From assembly GCA_963665235.2 (NCBI GenBank), contig CAXXLX010000001.1:1408001-1472000 (forward strand): a stretch of 64,000 bases of DNA, given 5' to 3'. The notes under the pieces were generated by a model. That model was not told where the DNA came from, ran no database searches, and saw nothing but the letters and a program-made list of their open reading frames with translations. This DNA comes from Candidatus Poribacteria bacterium (lineage in GTDB: Bacteria > Poribacteria > WGA-4E > WGA-3G). The position numbers and the translations under genes were made by a program. Of this stretch, positions 29,279 to 38,544 are shown one piece after another; position 1 is the stretch's first letter; each line of letters opens with the position of its first letter.

Positions 29279-30709
29279 ATGCGACAACGATGTGCATCAC
29301 AATTTACAAAGAAGCGATTTTATTACACACGAATTGGAGCAGCCCTTCTGATTTTATTGATGTGTGGAATGCTGAGCCTTGCCATGGCACAGGACGCACC
29401 GACAGAAGAACAGGCGGCACCTGTGGAACAACAAACGGAAGCGACAGCGACAGAAGAAGCCTCGCTCAGTTCCGGGGATACCGCGTGGATGCTAACAGCA
29501 ACCGCACTCGTGCTGTTTATGACGATTCCGGGGCTTGCTCTCTTTTATGGCGGACTTGTGCGCGTACAGAACGTACTCTCTGTGCTCATGCAGTGTTTCG
29601 CTTTAACAGGGCTCATCACTATTTTATGGATTGTTATTGGGTATAGTCTTGCCTTTAACACCGCTGGCATGGAGGCAGGAAAAATCACACTCAACTCCTT
29701 TGTTGGCGGACTCGGCACGTATTTCCTGAAGGGTGTTGGTGTAGATAGTTTAAGCGGGACTATTCCCGAAACTGTTTTTATTGTTTTCCAAATGACATTT
29801 GCGATTATTACGCCTGCCCTGATTGCTGGCGCGTTTGCCGAGCGGATGAAGTTTTCTGCTATGCTGCTCTTCTCCGCCGTTTGGTCACTCATCGTCTATG
29901 CACCTCTCTGTCACATGGCCTGGTCTGGTGATGGTTCACTGTTTGGTGATATTATCGGCGCGCTTGATTTTGCGGGCGGAAATGTAGTGCATATTAACGC
30001 CGGTATCGCTGCATTAGTTGCCGCAATTTTAGTCGGAAAACGACTCGGTTATCAGACAACTGCAATGCCACCGCATAGCTTAACACTCACTGTCGTCGGT
30101 GCATCAATGCTCTGGGTCGGATGGTTCGGGTTCAATGCTGGAAGTGCTGTTGCTGCTGATGGCACTGCTGGCATGGCGATGCTTGTCACACAGGTTTCAA
30201 CCGCTACCGCCGCAATTACATGGATGTTTATTGAATGGGCGAAACACGGCAAACCGAGTGTTTTGGGTATCGTCACAGGTGCCGTCGCTGGGTTAGTAGC
30301 AATTACACCTGCCTCAGGTTCAGTCGGCCCAATTGGTGCACTTGTTATCGGGCTCGTTTCGGGTGCTGTCTGTTTCTGGGGTGCCACTAGCTTGAAAACG
30401 AAACTCGGTTATGACGATTCGCTTGATGCGTTCGGTGTTCACGGCATCGGTGGAATTGTTGGTGCATTGTTGACAGGTGTTTTCACCGCAACTGCATTAG
30501 GTGGTGCGGGATTAGGTGAAGGTATTACTATAGGAATGCAGGTTTGGAAGCAATTCCTTAGCATCGTCATCACTATTGTTTGGAGCGGTGTGCTTTCGTT
30601 TATTATCCTTAAAATCGCTGATGCCGTAGTCGGTCTACGCGTTGAAGAGGATGACGAACGGATGGGACTTGACCTATCACAGCACAATGAGCGAGGTTAT
30701 AACCTCTAA
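29279..30709 (+). CDS. amtB: Ammonium transporter
   Basis: GLALFYGG, FQMTFA, DFAGGNVVH, WFGFNAGS, DDSLDAFGVH. Confidence 0.97.
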   Translation: MRQRCASQFTKKRFYYTRIGAALLILLMCGMLSLAMAQDAPTEEQAAPVEQQTEATATEEASLSSGDTAWMLTATALVLFMTIPGLALFYGGLVRVQNVLSVLMQCFALTGLITILWIVIGYSLAFNTAGMEAGKITLNSFVGGLGTYFLKGVGVDSLSGTIPETVFIVFQMTFAIITPALIAGAFAERMKFSAMLLFSAVWSLIVYAPLCHMAWSGDGSLFGDIIGALDFAGGNVVHINAGIAALVAAILVGKRLGYQTTAMPPHSLTLTVVGASMLWVGWFGFNAGSAVAADGTAGMAMLVTQVSTATAAITWMFIEWAKHGKPSVLGIVTGAVAGLVAITPASGSVGPIGALVIGLVSGAVCFWGATSLKTKLGYDDSLDAFGVHGIGGIVGALLTGVFTATALGGAGLGEGITIGMQVWKQFLSIVITIVWSGVLSFIILKIADAVVGLRVEEDDERMGLDLSQHNERGYNL

Positions 30710-30726
30710 TAGGTTGCTAAGAATTT

Positions 30727-30814
30727 GGACTTACGCGATTGCTTAGTAGGTGCGGTTTCCTAACTGCACCTACCAAGTGAAAACAGACGTAATTCTGTAC
30801 GCCTGCGTAAGTCC
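30727..30814. mobile_element. Second MITE-B-family copy with REP hairpin
   Basis: GGACTTACGC / GCGTAAGTCC TIRs; internal GTAGGTGCGGTT..AACTGCACCTAC. Confidence 0.7.
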
Positions 30815-30999
30815 TATATCGAACAAAAACTTCAGAAGTTGTCTGCTGTCCAGAAACATTTAGTTCTCCTATCGTTGTGGGGACGAGCTCCCGGGCACGA
30901 TTCCTGAGGCAGAGGCATAAAAATCCGAAAATTGAATGCTTGATTTATATCGACAAATCAAGTATAATAGAGATAGTGTTATTTGAATGGAGGAAAACC

Positions 31000-31443
31000 T
31001 TGAAAACAAAACCGAGGGCACCGCTGTTATCAGCACGAATGGATTGGATTGTCATAGAGATTTTGATACTTTTCGTTGCCACAGTTGTTTATACCGTAAT
31101 AATCTGGATATCTGAGAGCGGTGGCACACTGCGAATAACATTAGATACGTTCAAAGCGACCATGAGGGAAGTTGCGCCCTTCTCTCAAGTTACGTTTATT
31201 TATATCGTCGGCGCATTTGAATTGGGAGGTGAAATCATGCTTCGTTTCACAAGCAAGATACAAAAAGCTATCGAACAAGGCATCGAACAAGGCATCGAAC
31301 AAGGCATCGCCAAAGGACGGGATGAAGTTTACCGCGCATGGTACGCTGAATGGGAAAAAAGACGACAGGACGCAGCAGACAGGGGAATACCCTTTAACGA
31401 ACCACCCCCGACTAATCCCAACAATACCACCACAGCTGAATAG
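31000..31443 (+). CDS. Two-TM hypothetical protein with Rpn-like (IEQG)n C-terminal tail
   Basis: GGAGG RBS with TTG start, TTGATT-17-TATAAT at 30940-30968, IEQG x3; internal GGAGGTGA and in-frame ATG at 31237. Confidence 0.7.
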   Translation: MKTKPRAPLLSARMDWIVIEILILFVATVVYTVIIWISESGGTLRITLDTFKATMREVAPFSQVTFIYIVGAFELGGEIMLRFTSKIQKAIEQGIEQGIEQGIAKGRDEVYRAWYAEWEKRRQDAADRGIPFNEPPPTNPNNTTTAE

Positions 31444-31611
31444 CACAACCTCATAAAAGGGTATCGCGCGTAATTGATTTTAGATTCTACGCGACTCCCT
31501 AATGGGTGTGGCATCCCAACTACACCTACTACGTAAGAATTCGCGTGAACCTTGTTTTTATTATCCGGCGGATTTTAATATCCGCCCTATTTTTGGGCAT
31601 TCTGTCCACGG

Positions 31612-33621
31612 TTACGTTGCTGTAGCCTGCGCGACTATTTCGCCATCAGGCAGCACACCGTTTGCCACAAGCAGCTGCAGTCTTGCACCGATATTTCGGT
31701 ACACCGCTTCAACCCACGTCGTATCAAACGTATCCCCCGTGTTGTGGATAACAAGCGTCCGGGGGGCAATTAGGGCACCAGCTGTACGAAAATCACCCAC
31801 CTTGCGGAGACTTGGAATCGGTAAGGTTTCCAAATAGGCAGCATCACTGCTGTTATCAAATTGTACTACATCCACGACGACATTTTTGACATCAGCGAAT
31901 CCTGCTGCGAGCAACCCCCACAAACCAGCCTTCCCTATTCCGATTAAGCTCACATCTGAAACATCCCCTCGGGTTGAGAAATACTGCAACGTTGTTAAGA
32001 TGTCCTGCACGCGTAATGCTGTAGTTGTCCGGTTATAGGTGGTAAAATAGTTTGTGTCCTCGGCGCGGGAATAGTCGCCGTGTTCCCCAGTTCCGAAAAC
32101 ATCAATAATGATAACCTTCCGGTCCATCTGAAGCAGGTCGGTGATGAGCGGCGACGGTTCGCCTGTCTCTATATCGATGAGCTTCGCTTTGCCTTCAGGA
32201 TGCACAATGACGACTACCGGGTCATGTCCTACCAGCGGTTCTGGACGAAAAAGGATAGCGGGGATAGCGTCTCCGATACCCTGCCTGCCGATGACGAGGT
32301 GTCGCGCAGAGAAGTTGGCATGGTAGGTCGTTGGAAACGCACCTTCGGGTTCAATAAGCGTAAATCCGCTGCTGTCTGGCAGATGCAATCCGAGTGAATG
32401 TTGCAACGCAGCTCCCATCTCCGCCTTAAACTGCTGATGTTCAGTTTGATTTGTCGGTTGACGTTTTTCAATCGCTTCTTGCGAACGTTTTTTCCAAGCA
32501 GGCAGAATTTCTGCCTGTTTCAGCGCGTGTTTCGGCAAGGCACGCTCAGAGAAAACCAACAGTGCCTCATCCGATTCCATCTGATACGGCACCTCTTTGA
32601 ACGTAGACGTATCTGCAGCGTCCAGCAACCATTTTGCGAACCATGCATAGACCGCCTCACGACTCTCTTTATTGTAGTTATGCTCAGCGTCTACTTGCAC
32701 CTGATGGATTTTGTCTTCTGCACCAAAATGGGCATAGATGCTTTTGATAGCGGGGTATTCAACTGTCGGTGTCTTTGCTGTCCAATCCCCCGTGCAAGAC
32801 ACAAGCAGGAGCGGACGCGGTGCCATCAATGCCCCAATTTCGAGATTGCTGGCATCCAACCGCAAATTCGGGGCGTTTTCGCAGAGACATCCGCCTTGCA
32901 TCGTCGCGGAAATCATATTGACAGGGGCAGAAACCTTGATACGTTCATCTACAGCTGTCAAAATAAAGGTTTGTGTGCCACCGCCCGATGCACCTGTGCA
33001 ACCGATATGCTCCTTGTCAACATCCGGTAAACTTTGTAGAAAATCGATGGCGCGAATGCCATTCTGAAGTTGTAACCCCATTGCACTCAAACCCCAGAGC
33101 CCTTCATGGGTACCACCGAAACGGTGCTCAAGCTGTTTACCGCTATCGTTGTAGCCTATCATATCGTAGGCAAAGATAACGTACCCCTGCTTGGCAAAAT
33201 TGATGCCCCGGGCGGGGATTGAACCGCGTTCAATATCCTCTAATCGGCCGCGTCCCCAATGTCCATGCGGACTGACAATACCCGGAAATGGTCCTGTTTT
33301 TCCCCGGGGACGATAAAGATTTCCAGTTGTGAAAAAACCGGGAAAAGATTCAAAAAACACCTTTTCAATGCTATAATCTTCACGTTCAATTTTGCCAAAG
33401 ATTTGGGCGTTAAGCGGTGTCGGTTCGTGTGTCGGTACTAAACCGTTGGCAACGCGAATCTGTTGACGTAAAGTTTCAGCTTTTTCGGTCCACGTCGCTT
33501 TAGTATAGTTTGGAAAAATATAAGGTGTGTTGAGGTCGCGTGTGTCAGTCCCGCGTGTGTCATTCACAGTCTGCGATGGGTCCGTAAAAACATGAGCGAG
33601 TTCGTGGTGTTGTTCAGCCAT
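31612..33621 (-). CDS. Acetylxylan esterase-like tandem alpha/beta hydrolase
   Basis: PHGHW, YDMIG, GASGGG nucleophile elbow, APRPLL, HNY; second degenerate domain. Confidence 0.85.
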   Translation of the reverse strand: MAEQHHELAHVFTDPSQTVNDTRGTDTRDLNTPYIFPNYTKATWTEKAETLRQQIRVANGLVPTHEPTPLNAQIFGKIEREDYSIEKVFFESFPGFFTTGNLYRPRGKTGPFPGIVSPHGHWGRGRLEDIERGSIPARGINFAKQGYVIFAYDMIGYNDSGKQLEHRFGGTHEGLWGLSAMGLQLQNGIRAIDFLQSLPDVDKEHIGCTGASGGGTQTFILTAVDERIKVSAPVNMISATMQGGCLCENAPNLRLDASNLEIGALMAPRPLLLVSCTGDWTAKTPTVEYPAIKSIYAHFGAEDKIHQVQVDAEHNYNKESREAVYAWFAKWLLDAADTSTFKEVPYQMESDEALLVFSERALPKHALKQAEILPAWKKRSQEAIEKRQPTNQTEHQQFKAEMGAALQHSLGLHLPDSSGFTLIEPEGAFPTTYHANFSARHLVIGRQGIGDAIPAILFRPEPLVGHDPVVVIVHPEGKAKLIDIETGEPSPLITDLLQMDRKVIIIDVFGTGEHGDYSRAEDTNYFTTYNRTTTALRVQDILTTLQYFSTRGDVSDVSLIGIGKAGLWGLLAAGFADVKNVVVDVVQFDNSSDAAYLETLPIPSLRKVGDFRTAGALIAPRTLVIHNTGDTFDTTWVEAVYRNIGARLQLLVANGVLPDGEIVAQATAT

Positions 33622-34294
33622 TATTTATTTCCTCCAAATGTTTTGTAACGATAAACTTCAGCAGTTTGACGATCTGTTCTGCATCCCATATTCCGTTGTA
33701 TACCGGCGAAAATTCGAGTGTGAACATTGGTTTTTCCGTTTCAATGTCGCTGACAACCCCACGCACAAATGCCCAGCTGTCGTTGACGGTATAACATCCA
33801 AAAATTTCCTGTTCTGTTGCGGAGTCGGGGTTGGCATTCCTTTTCCAAGTGAGCCATGCGGCGGCGAGCATTTCACCGTAGAGTTGAAATTGGGGTTCGG
33901 GTGCCTGAATTCCGCGTTTCGCTTCATGCACAATCAAATAAGGTGGACGAATCTGCCCACCGAGGGAAGGGGCAAGCGCACCATCTGCCTCACCCTCCAA
34001 TTCAAACGTCGGATAGGTAGCTTTGAGCGGTACGCTGCTCCATGCTTGAATATGTTCACGTTCAGCAAGCACTAATAAGGGATAAATTGCGCGAGCCCAA
34101 AGGGTAGCTTCATTCATAGTCAGTAGGTGACGATGGCGCAGAGTTGATTTAAGGTCTTCAAGTCGTCTGCACTCGTCTTCAGTGAGGGCCACCTGCATTT
34201 TTTCCCATTCCGCTGGTGGGATGTACTTCTCGTTCAGTGTCACGAGGGTCTCAACCGTTTCTTCCGTGAGTTGTGAAAATATATATGTATCCAT
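33614..34294 (-). CDS. Hypothetical PD-(D/E)xK restriction-endonuclease-fold protein
   Basis: GEADG...HEAKR...QLYGEMLAA...FGCYT..W.F. Confidence 0.6.
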   Translation of the reverse strand: MDTYIFSQLTEETVETLVTLNEKYIPPAEWEKMQVALTEDECRRLEDLKSTLRHRHLLTMNEATLWARAIYPLLVLAEREHIQAWSSVPLKATYPTFELEGEADGALAPSLGGQIRPPYLIVHEAKRGIQAPEPQFQLYGEMLAAAWLTWKRNANPDSATEQEIFGCYTVNDSWAFVRGVVSDIETEKPMFTLEFSPVYNGIWDAEQIVKLLKFIVTKHLEEINNG

Positions 34295-34410
34295 CGTTCA
34301 AAACCTCTGTCGAATGTAGGTTAACCGACTGCGTCTATAGCCCAATAGCCACTCTTATGCAAAACAATCTCAGGGGGTGCGATGGATACGATTATACCCA
34401 CGCCAGTCAT

Positions 34411-35734
34411 CAAAATCTTCGGTGTGGAGACCCCGTTGCTTTAGCACGGGGAGGAAACACCGCTCCTATATTGAAAGTTCAAGCGTGTGAGGACTTGAAA
34501 ATCTGTGCGTTTCGCACCCGTTGTGAGGCGTTGACCTTCTAAGCTATAGATAGAAAACACCCCTTTCGCATTAATACCCGTAATAGGATGTCCTCGGTGG
34601 GACCTCGGACGTGTGATACCGTGTTTGCCGTGCTTTATCAGCGTGTTTTTCACAAGTCCTTCGCCTAACACAGTTCCGCCATATCTTGACCGCATTCCGC
34701 CCTTTGCAGGTTGTTCTCGGTGCAAGTTCCGCCTTGCTACGGGTATCGGGGATATGCAAAAAACGGATGTATTGTCGGGTTTCAGTGCCATGGCTTTCTT
34801 TGTGTTGCCATTGACAACCGAATGTGCCATCACCCAACTATCAACACAATGTGCATAGAAGTCATCAGAGAGTTTGTCTTGGCTCTTCTCTAATCCTAAT
34901 GCCTTCCTCCGCGCGGAAGTCCACCTGCCTTTATAGCAAAACACATTTCCAACGCCATAGCGTGCTATCAACTCAGAGACAAACCAGCGTTTACCGACTT
35001 CTAACGGGCTAAAAGATGTGTTCCATCGCTTCTTACCCGGTTTTGTTCTTGCCTTGATGTCCTCCACACAGATTTTTTTGACAGGATACAAGTCAGACAA
35101 CCAATCCAGGATGCGGAGTTTCCAATCCCAACGGGCACGCGTGCCTGCGGGGAGTTTCTGTCTGTTGGCACCTTTGTTGGTGCGGTTCTTGCGGTTGGGA
35201 CACTTCCGAGAACGTCTCCCTCGGCGGAGTTCACGTCTTTTCTCAACCTTCTTGCCAACTTTGTTATGTGCATCTGCCTGCACGTTCAGATACGTATGGG
35301 CCTCAGATTTGACAGTAAATCCCTCTTTCTTACTTCCCGGATCCACACCGACAACGATGTCTTGTGTTTCTCTATCACTCGGTTCTTTGTTGAGACGGAC
35401 ACAATAGACACCGTTGTTCCAATAAGGCGTTGCCTCACCGCGTTTGACAAGTTTCCTCGCACGTGCAGCATGCATCGGCATCAGCTGTTGTCCATCCTTT
35501 GTTTTGACTGGCACAAACATAAGTTTGTTTTCTCCTTTCGGGTATATATGGTTTCCCCATCCAGATCAGGGGTTCGTAGTGGGATCAGACTTGGGGAGCA
35601 TCCGAAACATACTTTAGGCTGCCACGCCCAGAACCCTCGATATATTACTGTAGTCAACAAGTTACCCTTGTCTCTGTGATAGCCTTGGCGGGCATCAAAG
35701 ACAAGCCCCCATGCTTTAGCTGGGGGTTATTGAC
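34411..35734 (-). mobile_element. IS200/IS605-superfamily IsrB element (no TnpA)
   Basis: On the + strand: TCAT|..GAGA-hairpin at one end and CAAG-hairpin-TTGAC at the other. Flanking ATGA on the minus strand. Confidence 0.88.
34441..35520 (-). CDS. isrB: IsrB RNA-guided nickase (PLMP + split RuvC, no HNH)
   Basis: QLMP, VGVDPG, RRELRRGRRSR bridge helix, VED, HCVDS; 359 aa with no HNH/CxxC insert. Confidence 0.88.
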   Translation of the reverse strand: MFVPVKTKDGQQLMPMHAARARKLVKRGEATPYWNNGVYCVRLNKEPSDRETQDIVVGVDPGSKKEGFTVKSEAHTYLNVQADAHNKVGKKVEKRRELRRGRRSRKCPNRKNRTNKGANRQKLPAGTRARWDWKLRILDWLSDLYPVKKICVEDIKARTKPGKKRWNTSFSPLEVGKRWFVSELIARYGVGNVFCYKGRWTSARRKALGLEKSQDKLSDDFYAHCVDSWVMAHSVVNGNTKKAMALKPDNTSVFCISPIPVARRNLHREQPAKGGMRSRYGGTVLGEGLVKNTLIKHGKHGITRPRSHRGHPITGINAKGVFSIYSLEGQRLTTGAKRTDFQVLTRLNFQYRSGVSSPC

Positions 35735-35755
35735 CCGGACAGACTGTCGCAGTTG
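35521..35755 (-). ncRNA. omegaRNA (HEARO-like scaffold) with 5' guide from the flank
   Basis: Non-coding stretch from GTCAATAACCCC through GTTGACTAC and GGATGCTCCCCAAGTC to the isrB RBS; guide inferred at about 35735-35755. Confidence 0.78.
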
Positions 35756-35785
35756 GCACAGAAATGCCTTTCGGACACTATGTTC

Positions 35786-36373
35786 TCATTCCACCTTTTT
35801 TCCATCCTTATAGGTTTCACTCGACACCTTCTTACCGTTTTCATCCCATTCTGTCCGCAAACCGTGTAATTTGCCCGCCTTATAGGTTTCACTCGACACC
35901 TTCTTACCGTTTTCATCCCATCTGGTCCACAAACCATCCCTCTTACCGTTTTTGTGAGGACCTTTCGTTATCAGATTCTTACTCTCTAGGTACCATAAGA
36001 TGTAGGTTCCATTCGGCTTTCCATTCTTAAATTGGATAAGCGCGGTTTTCCATGCTCCTACATATTTTGCCCATCCAGTATAAGGCTCTTTTTGCCCAGG
36101 GGCATAATATATCTCTTCCTCTGAAGACGCACGTTCCAGCCGATCTTCGTCTATGGCTTCTTCATCCCAAATCTTCTGGCGAACTTTCGGGTCATCCAAG
36201 TTCGGCTCTCCGCCACAACCGATAAGCAGCGCGGCCGCTAAACAAAAAACTGCAACGAATCTCATTGTTTGCCACACACGAACCATACCCATCCCGGGCC
36301 TGCCAATATTCTCTCTTTTCAACGAAGTCTGTTTAATAACCATTTTTTCCTCCTGAATGAAGATGTTAACCAA
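35786..36373 (-). CDS. MORN-variant repeat (YwqK-like) lipoprotein
   Basis: LIGC lipobox, PYTG, KNGK..G repeats, 24-aa duplication; true start probably downstream of the listed one. Confidence 0.8.
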   Translation of the reverse strand: MVNIFIQEEKMVIKQTSLKRENIGRPGMGMVRVWQTMRFVAVFCLAAALLIGCGGEPNLDDPKVRQKIWDEEAIDEDRLERASSEEEIYYAPGQKEPYTGWAKYVGAWKTALIQFKNGKPNGTYILWYLESKNLITKGPHKNGKRDGLWTRWDENGKKVSSETYKAGKLHGLRTEWDENGKKVSSETYKDGKKVE

Positions 36374-36631
36374 TTCCGCTTTTCATGCATCTGATGGGTT
36401 TCCTCAATTGATAACATGGGACCGTGAGCCGATTCTCAAAATTCGCTACACCCATGTAGCGATTCATGGTATAATTCAACATGAACAGTGACGATACCAT
36501 CTTAAAGCGGCAAGTTTCGTTTCAATACAGTATAGCAAATTTGACAAAGCTTGTCCAACTTAAAAAATTAATGCAAAATGTTTGCTTTTTTTTGTAATGT
36601 GTGGTATAATATGAAAAAAAGGATGTTATGC

Positions 36632-37912
36632 ATGAAAATTTTGGTTATCGGGCAGGGTGGCCGCGAGCACACGCTTGTCTGGAAAATTGCACAGAGCCCG
36701 CTTGTTGACAAAATCTATTGCGCGCCCGGGAACGCAGGCATCGCCGAAATTGCAGAACGTATCCCGATGGAAACAGGTGTCGCCGACCTCGCTACGTGGG
36801 CTGAAACTGAGAAGATTGCGCTAACAGTTGTCGGTCCTGAAGCTCCGTTAGCGGAAGGAATCGTTGATGTCTTCCACGCGCGCGGTTTAAAAACGTTCGG
36901 TCCCGATAAACGCGCCGCACAACTCGAAGCGAGCAAAGATTTTGCGAAGCAGCTGATGCTGAAAAATGGCATACCGACAGCAGCACACCGCACATTTGTG
37001 GATGCAAATGAAGCGATAGATTACGTCAAAAGCTATAATGCCCCCGTTTTTGTTAAAGCGAACGGGCTGGCCGCTGGAAAAGGTGTTATCCCGGGACGCA
37101 CCGTCGCAGCCGCGACGCAGGCTATTGAAACTGTTTTAGTTAATAGGGCGTTCGGAGATGCAGGCGATAGTGTCCTCATTGAAGAGGAATTGATAGGCGA
37201 AGAAGCCTCGTTTACAGTACTCACCGATGGTCGTCACTGCATACCTTTTGTCAGTTCGCAAGACCACAAGATGTCGCACGATGGGGACACCGGAAAAAAT
37301 ACCGGCGGGATGGGCGCGTACTCACCCGCACCGGTGCTAACCCCTGACCTGCACGACTATGTCATGCAACATGTCGTTTATCCGACTATCAACGGTATGG
37401 CGGCACTCGGCAGTCCGTTTAAGGGTGTTCTCTATGTCGGGTTGATGATGACAGACGCGGGCCCGAAGGTGTTAGAATTCAATTGCCGGTTTGGTGACCC
37501 GGAGACGCAAGTGCTCTTGCCGAGGCTGAAAAGCGATTTAGTGCCGTTGTTAATGGCGTGCGTTGAGGGTACACTCGAACAGCACGCTGAAGTGGAATGG
37601 CACACTGCTGCTGCGGCATGCGTTGTTATGGCTTCCGGAGGGTATCCGAACCCATATCAAACTGGGAAAGTCATCACAGGTTTGTCAGAAGCCTCAGCAA
37701 TTGAAGGCGTTACCGTTTTTCATGCGGGAACAGAACAGGATGGAGACGACGTTGTCACAGCAGGGGGACGCGTGTTGGGCGTTACCGCTGTAGCAGATGG
37801 GCTGGCCGCTGCACTTGTGCAGGCGTATCGGGGAGTCAATGCGATTCATTTTGCCGATGCACACTTTCGACGCGACATCGGTTATCGGGCATTATCGCGG
37901 AATGGCGAATAG
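36632..37912 (+). CDS. purD: Phosphoribosylamine-glycine ligase
   Basis: GQGGREH, APGNAG, GLAAGKG, QDHK, NTGGMGAYSP, RFGDPETQ. Confidence 0.97.
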   Translation: MKILVIGQGGREHTLVWKIAQSPLVDKIYCAPGNAGIAEIAERIPMETGVADLATWAETEKIALTVVGPEAPLAEGIVDVFHARGLKTFGPDKRAAQLEASKDFAKQLMLKNGIPTAAHRTFVDANEAIDYVKSYNAPVFVKANGLAAGKGVIPGRTVAAATQAIETVLVNRAFGDAGDSVLIEEELIGEEASFTVLTDGRHCIPFVSSQDHKMSHDGDTGKNTGGMGAYSPAPVLTPDLHDYVMQHVVYPTINGMAALGSPFKGVLYVGLMMTDAGPKVLEFNCRFGDPETQVLLPRLKSDLVPLLMACVEGTLEQHAEVEWHTAAAACVVMASGGYPNPYQTGKVITGLSEASAIEGVTVFHAGTEQDGDDVVTAGGRVLGVTAVADGLAAALVQAYRGVNAIHFADAHFRRDIGYRALSRNGE

Positions 37913-37996
37913 CGAATGGCAAGAAGTTTCTGATGTTTGTCAGATTTCTGAGAATCATCGCAACCCTACTAATAGCCAATAGCTAATTACAGAAAA

Positions 37997-38500
37997 ATGG
38001 CCACTGAACTAACATATAACATCGCTAAATGCTGTGCGCCGCAGACAGATACCCCAATTATCGGGTATTTCAAGGCGGATGACACCATAGCTGTCCACAG
38101 TTCTGCATGTCAGCAGGTAAACGATTTGCGACCGGAGCGATTGCTGGAGGTGTCCTGGGATGAAATTCAGGCTACCGAACCGCCGGATATCTCAAGTGAG
38201 GTTATCGCGGAAGTAGCCGCATTAGATGAAACGGATTACTTTATCCTGAAACACCATCAAGAACTAGGCATAGACTATTCCATCGTTGTCGCGGAAACCT
38301 TAAGAATTCCATTACAAGAGATGCACCAGCGACACCGGAAATTAAGAACGCTCGGTGGTTTGAAACGGGTTGAAGGCCGTATCATCCACTACCGCAAAAA
38401 TATTGTCAAAGGAAAATGGATTAAACACCGAAACCATACCTATTACGAACTTACTCAAAAAGGCAGCCAATGGATTGATGCCTTGGAAAGCCTTCATTAG
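37997..38500 (+). CDS. RelA/SpoT zinc-finger (RIS)-like domain fused to DUF2250-like winged helix
   Basis: IAKCCAP..PIIGY..IAVH..C..V.W followed by ILKH..DY..KHRNHTYYELT.KG. Confidence 0.65.
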   Translation: MATELTYNIAKCCAPQTDTPIIGYFKADDTIAVHSSACQQVNDLRPERLLEVSWDEIQATEPPDISSEVIAEVAALDETDYFILKHHQELGIDYSIVVAETLRIPLQEMHQRHRKLRTLGGLKRVEGRIIHYRKNIVKGKWIKHRNHTYYELTQKGSQWIDALESLH

Positions 38501-38544
38501 CATGCTGATGGAAGCTTTTACCAATACACTGAAAGGAGCTAAAA

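Noticed and set aside
34441-35520. IscB or small Cas9
   Set aside because: No HNH or CxxC insert between RuvC-II and RuvC-III; size fits IsrB.
35806-35921. CRISPR-like repeat-spacer-repeat beside IsrB
   Set aside because: The 72-bp period equals a 24-aa MORN repeat duplication within the coding sequence.
36374-36631. Purine or ZTP riboswitch upstream of purD
   Set aside because: A TGnTATAAT box lies about 20 nt before the start, leaving no room for a structured leader.
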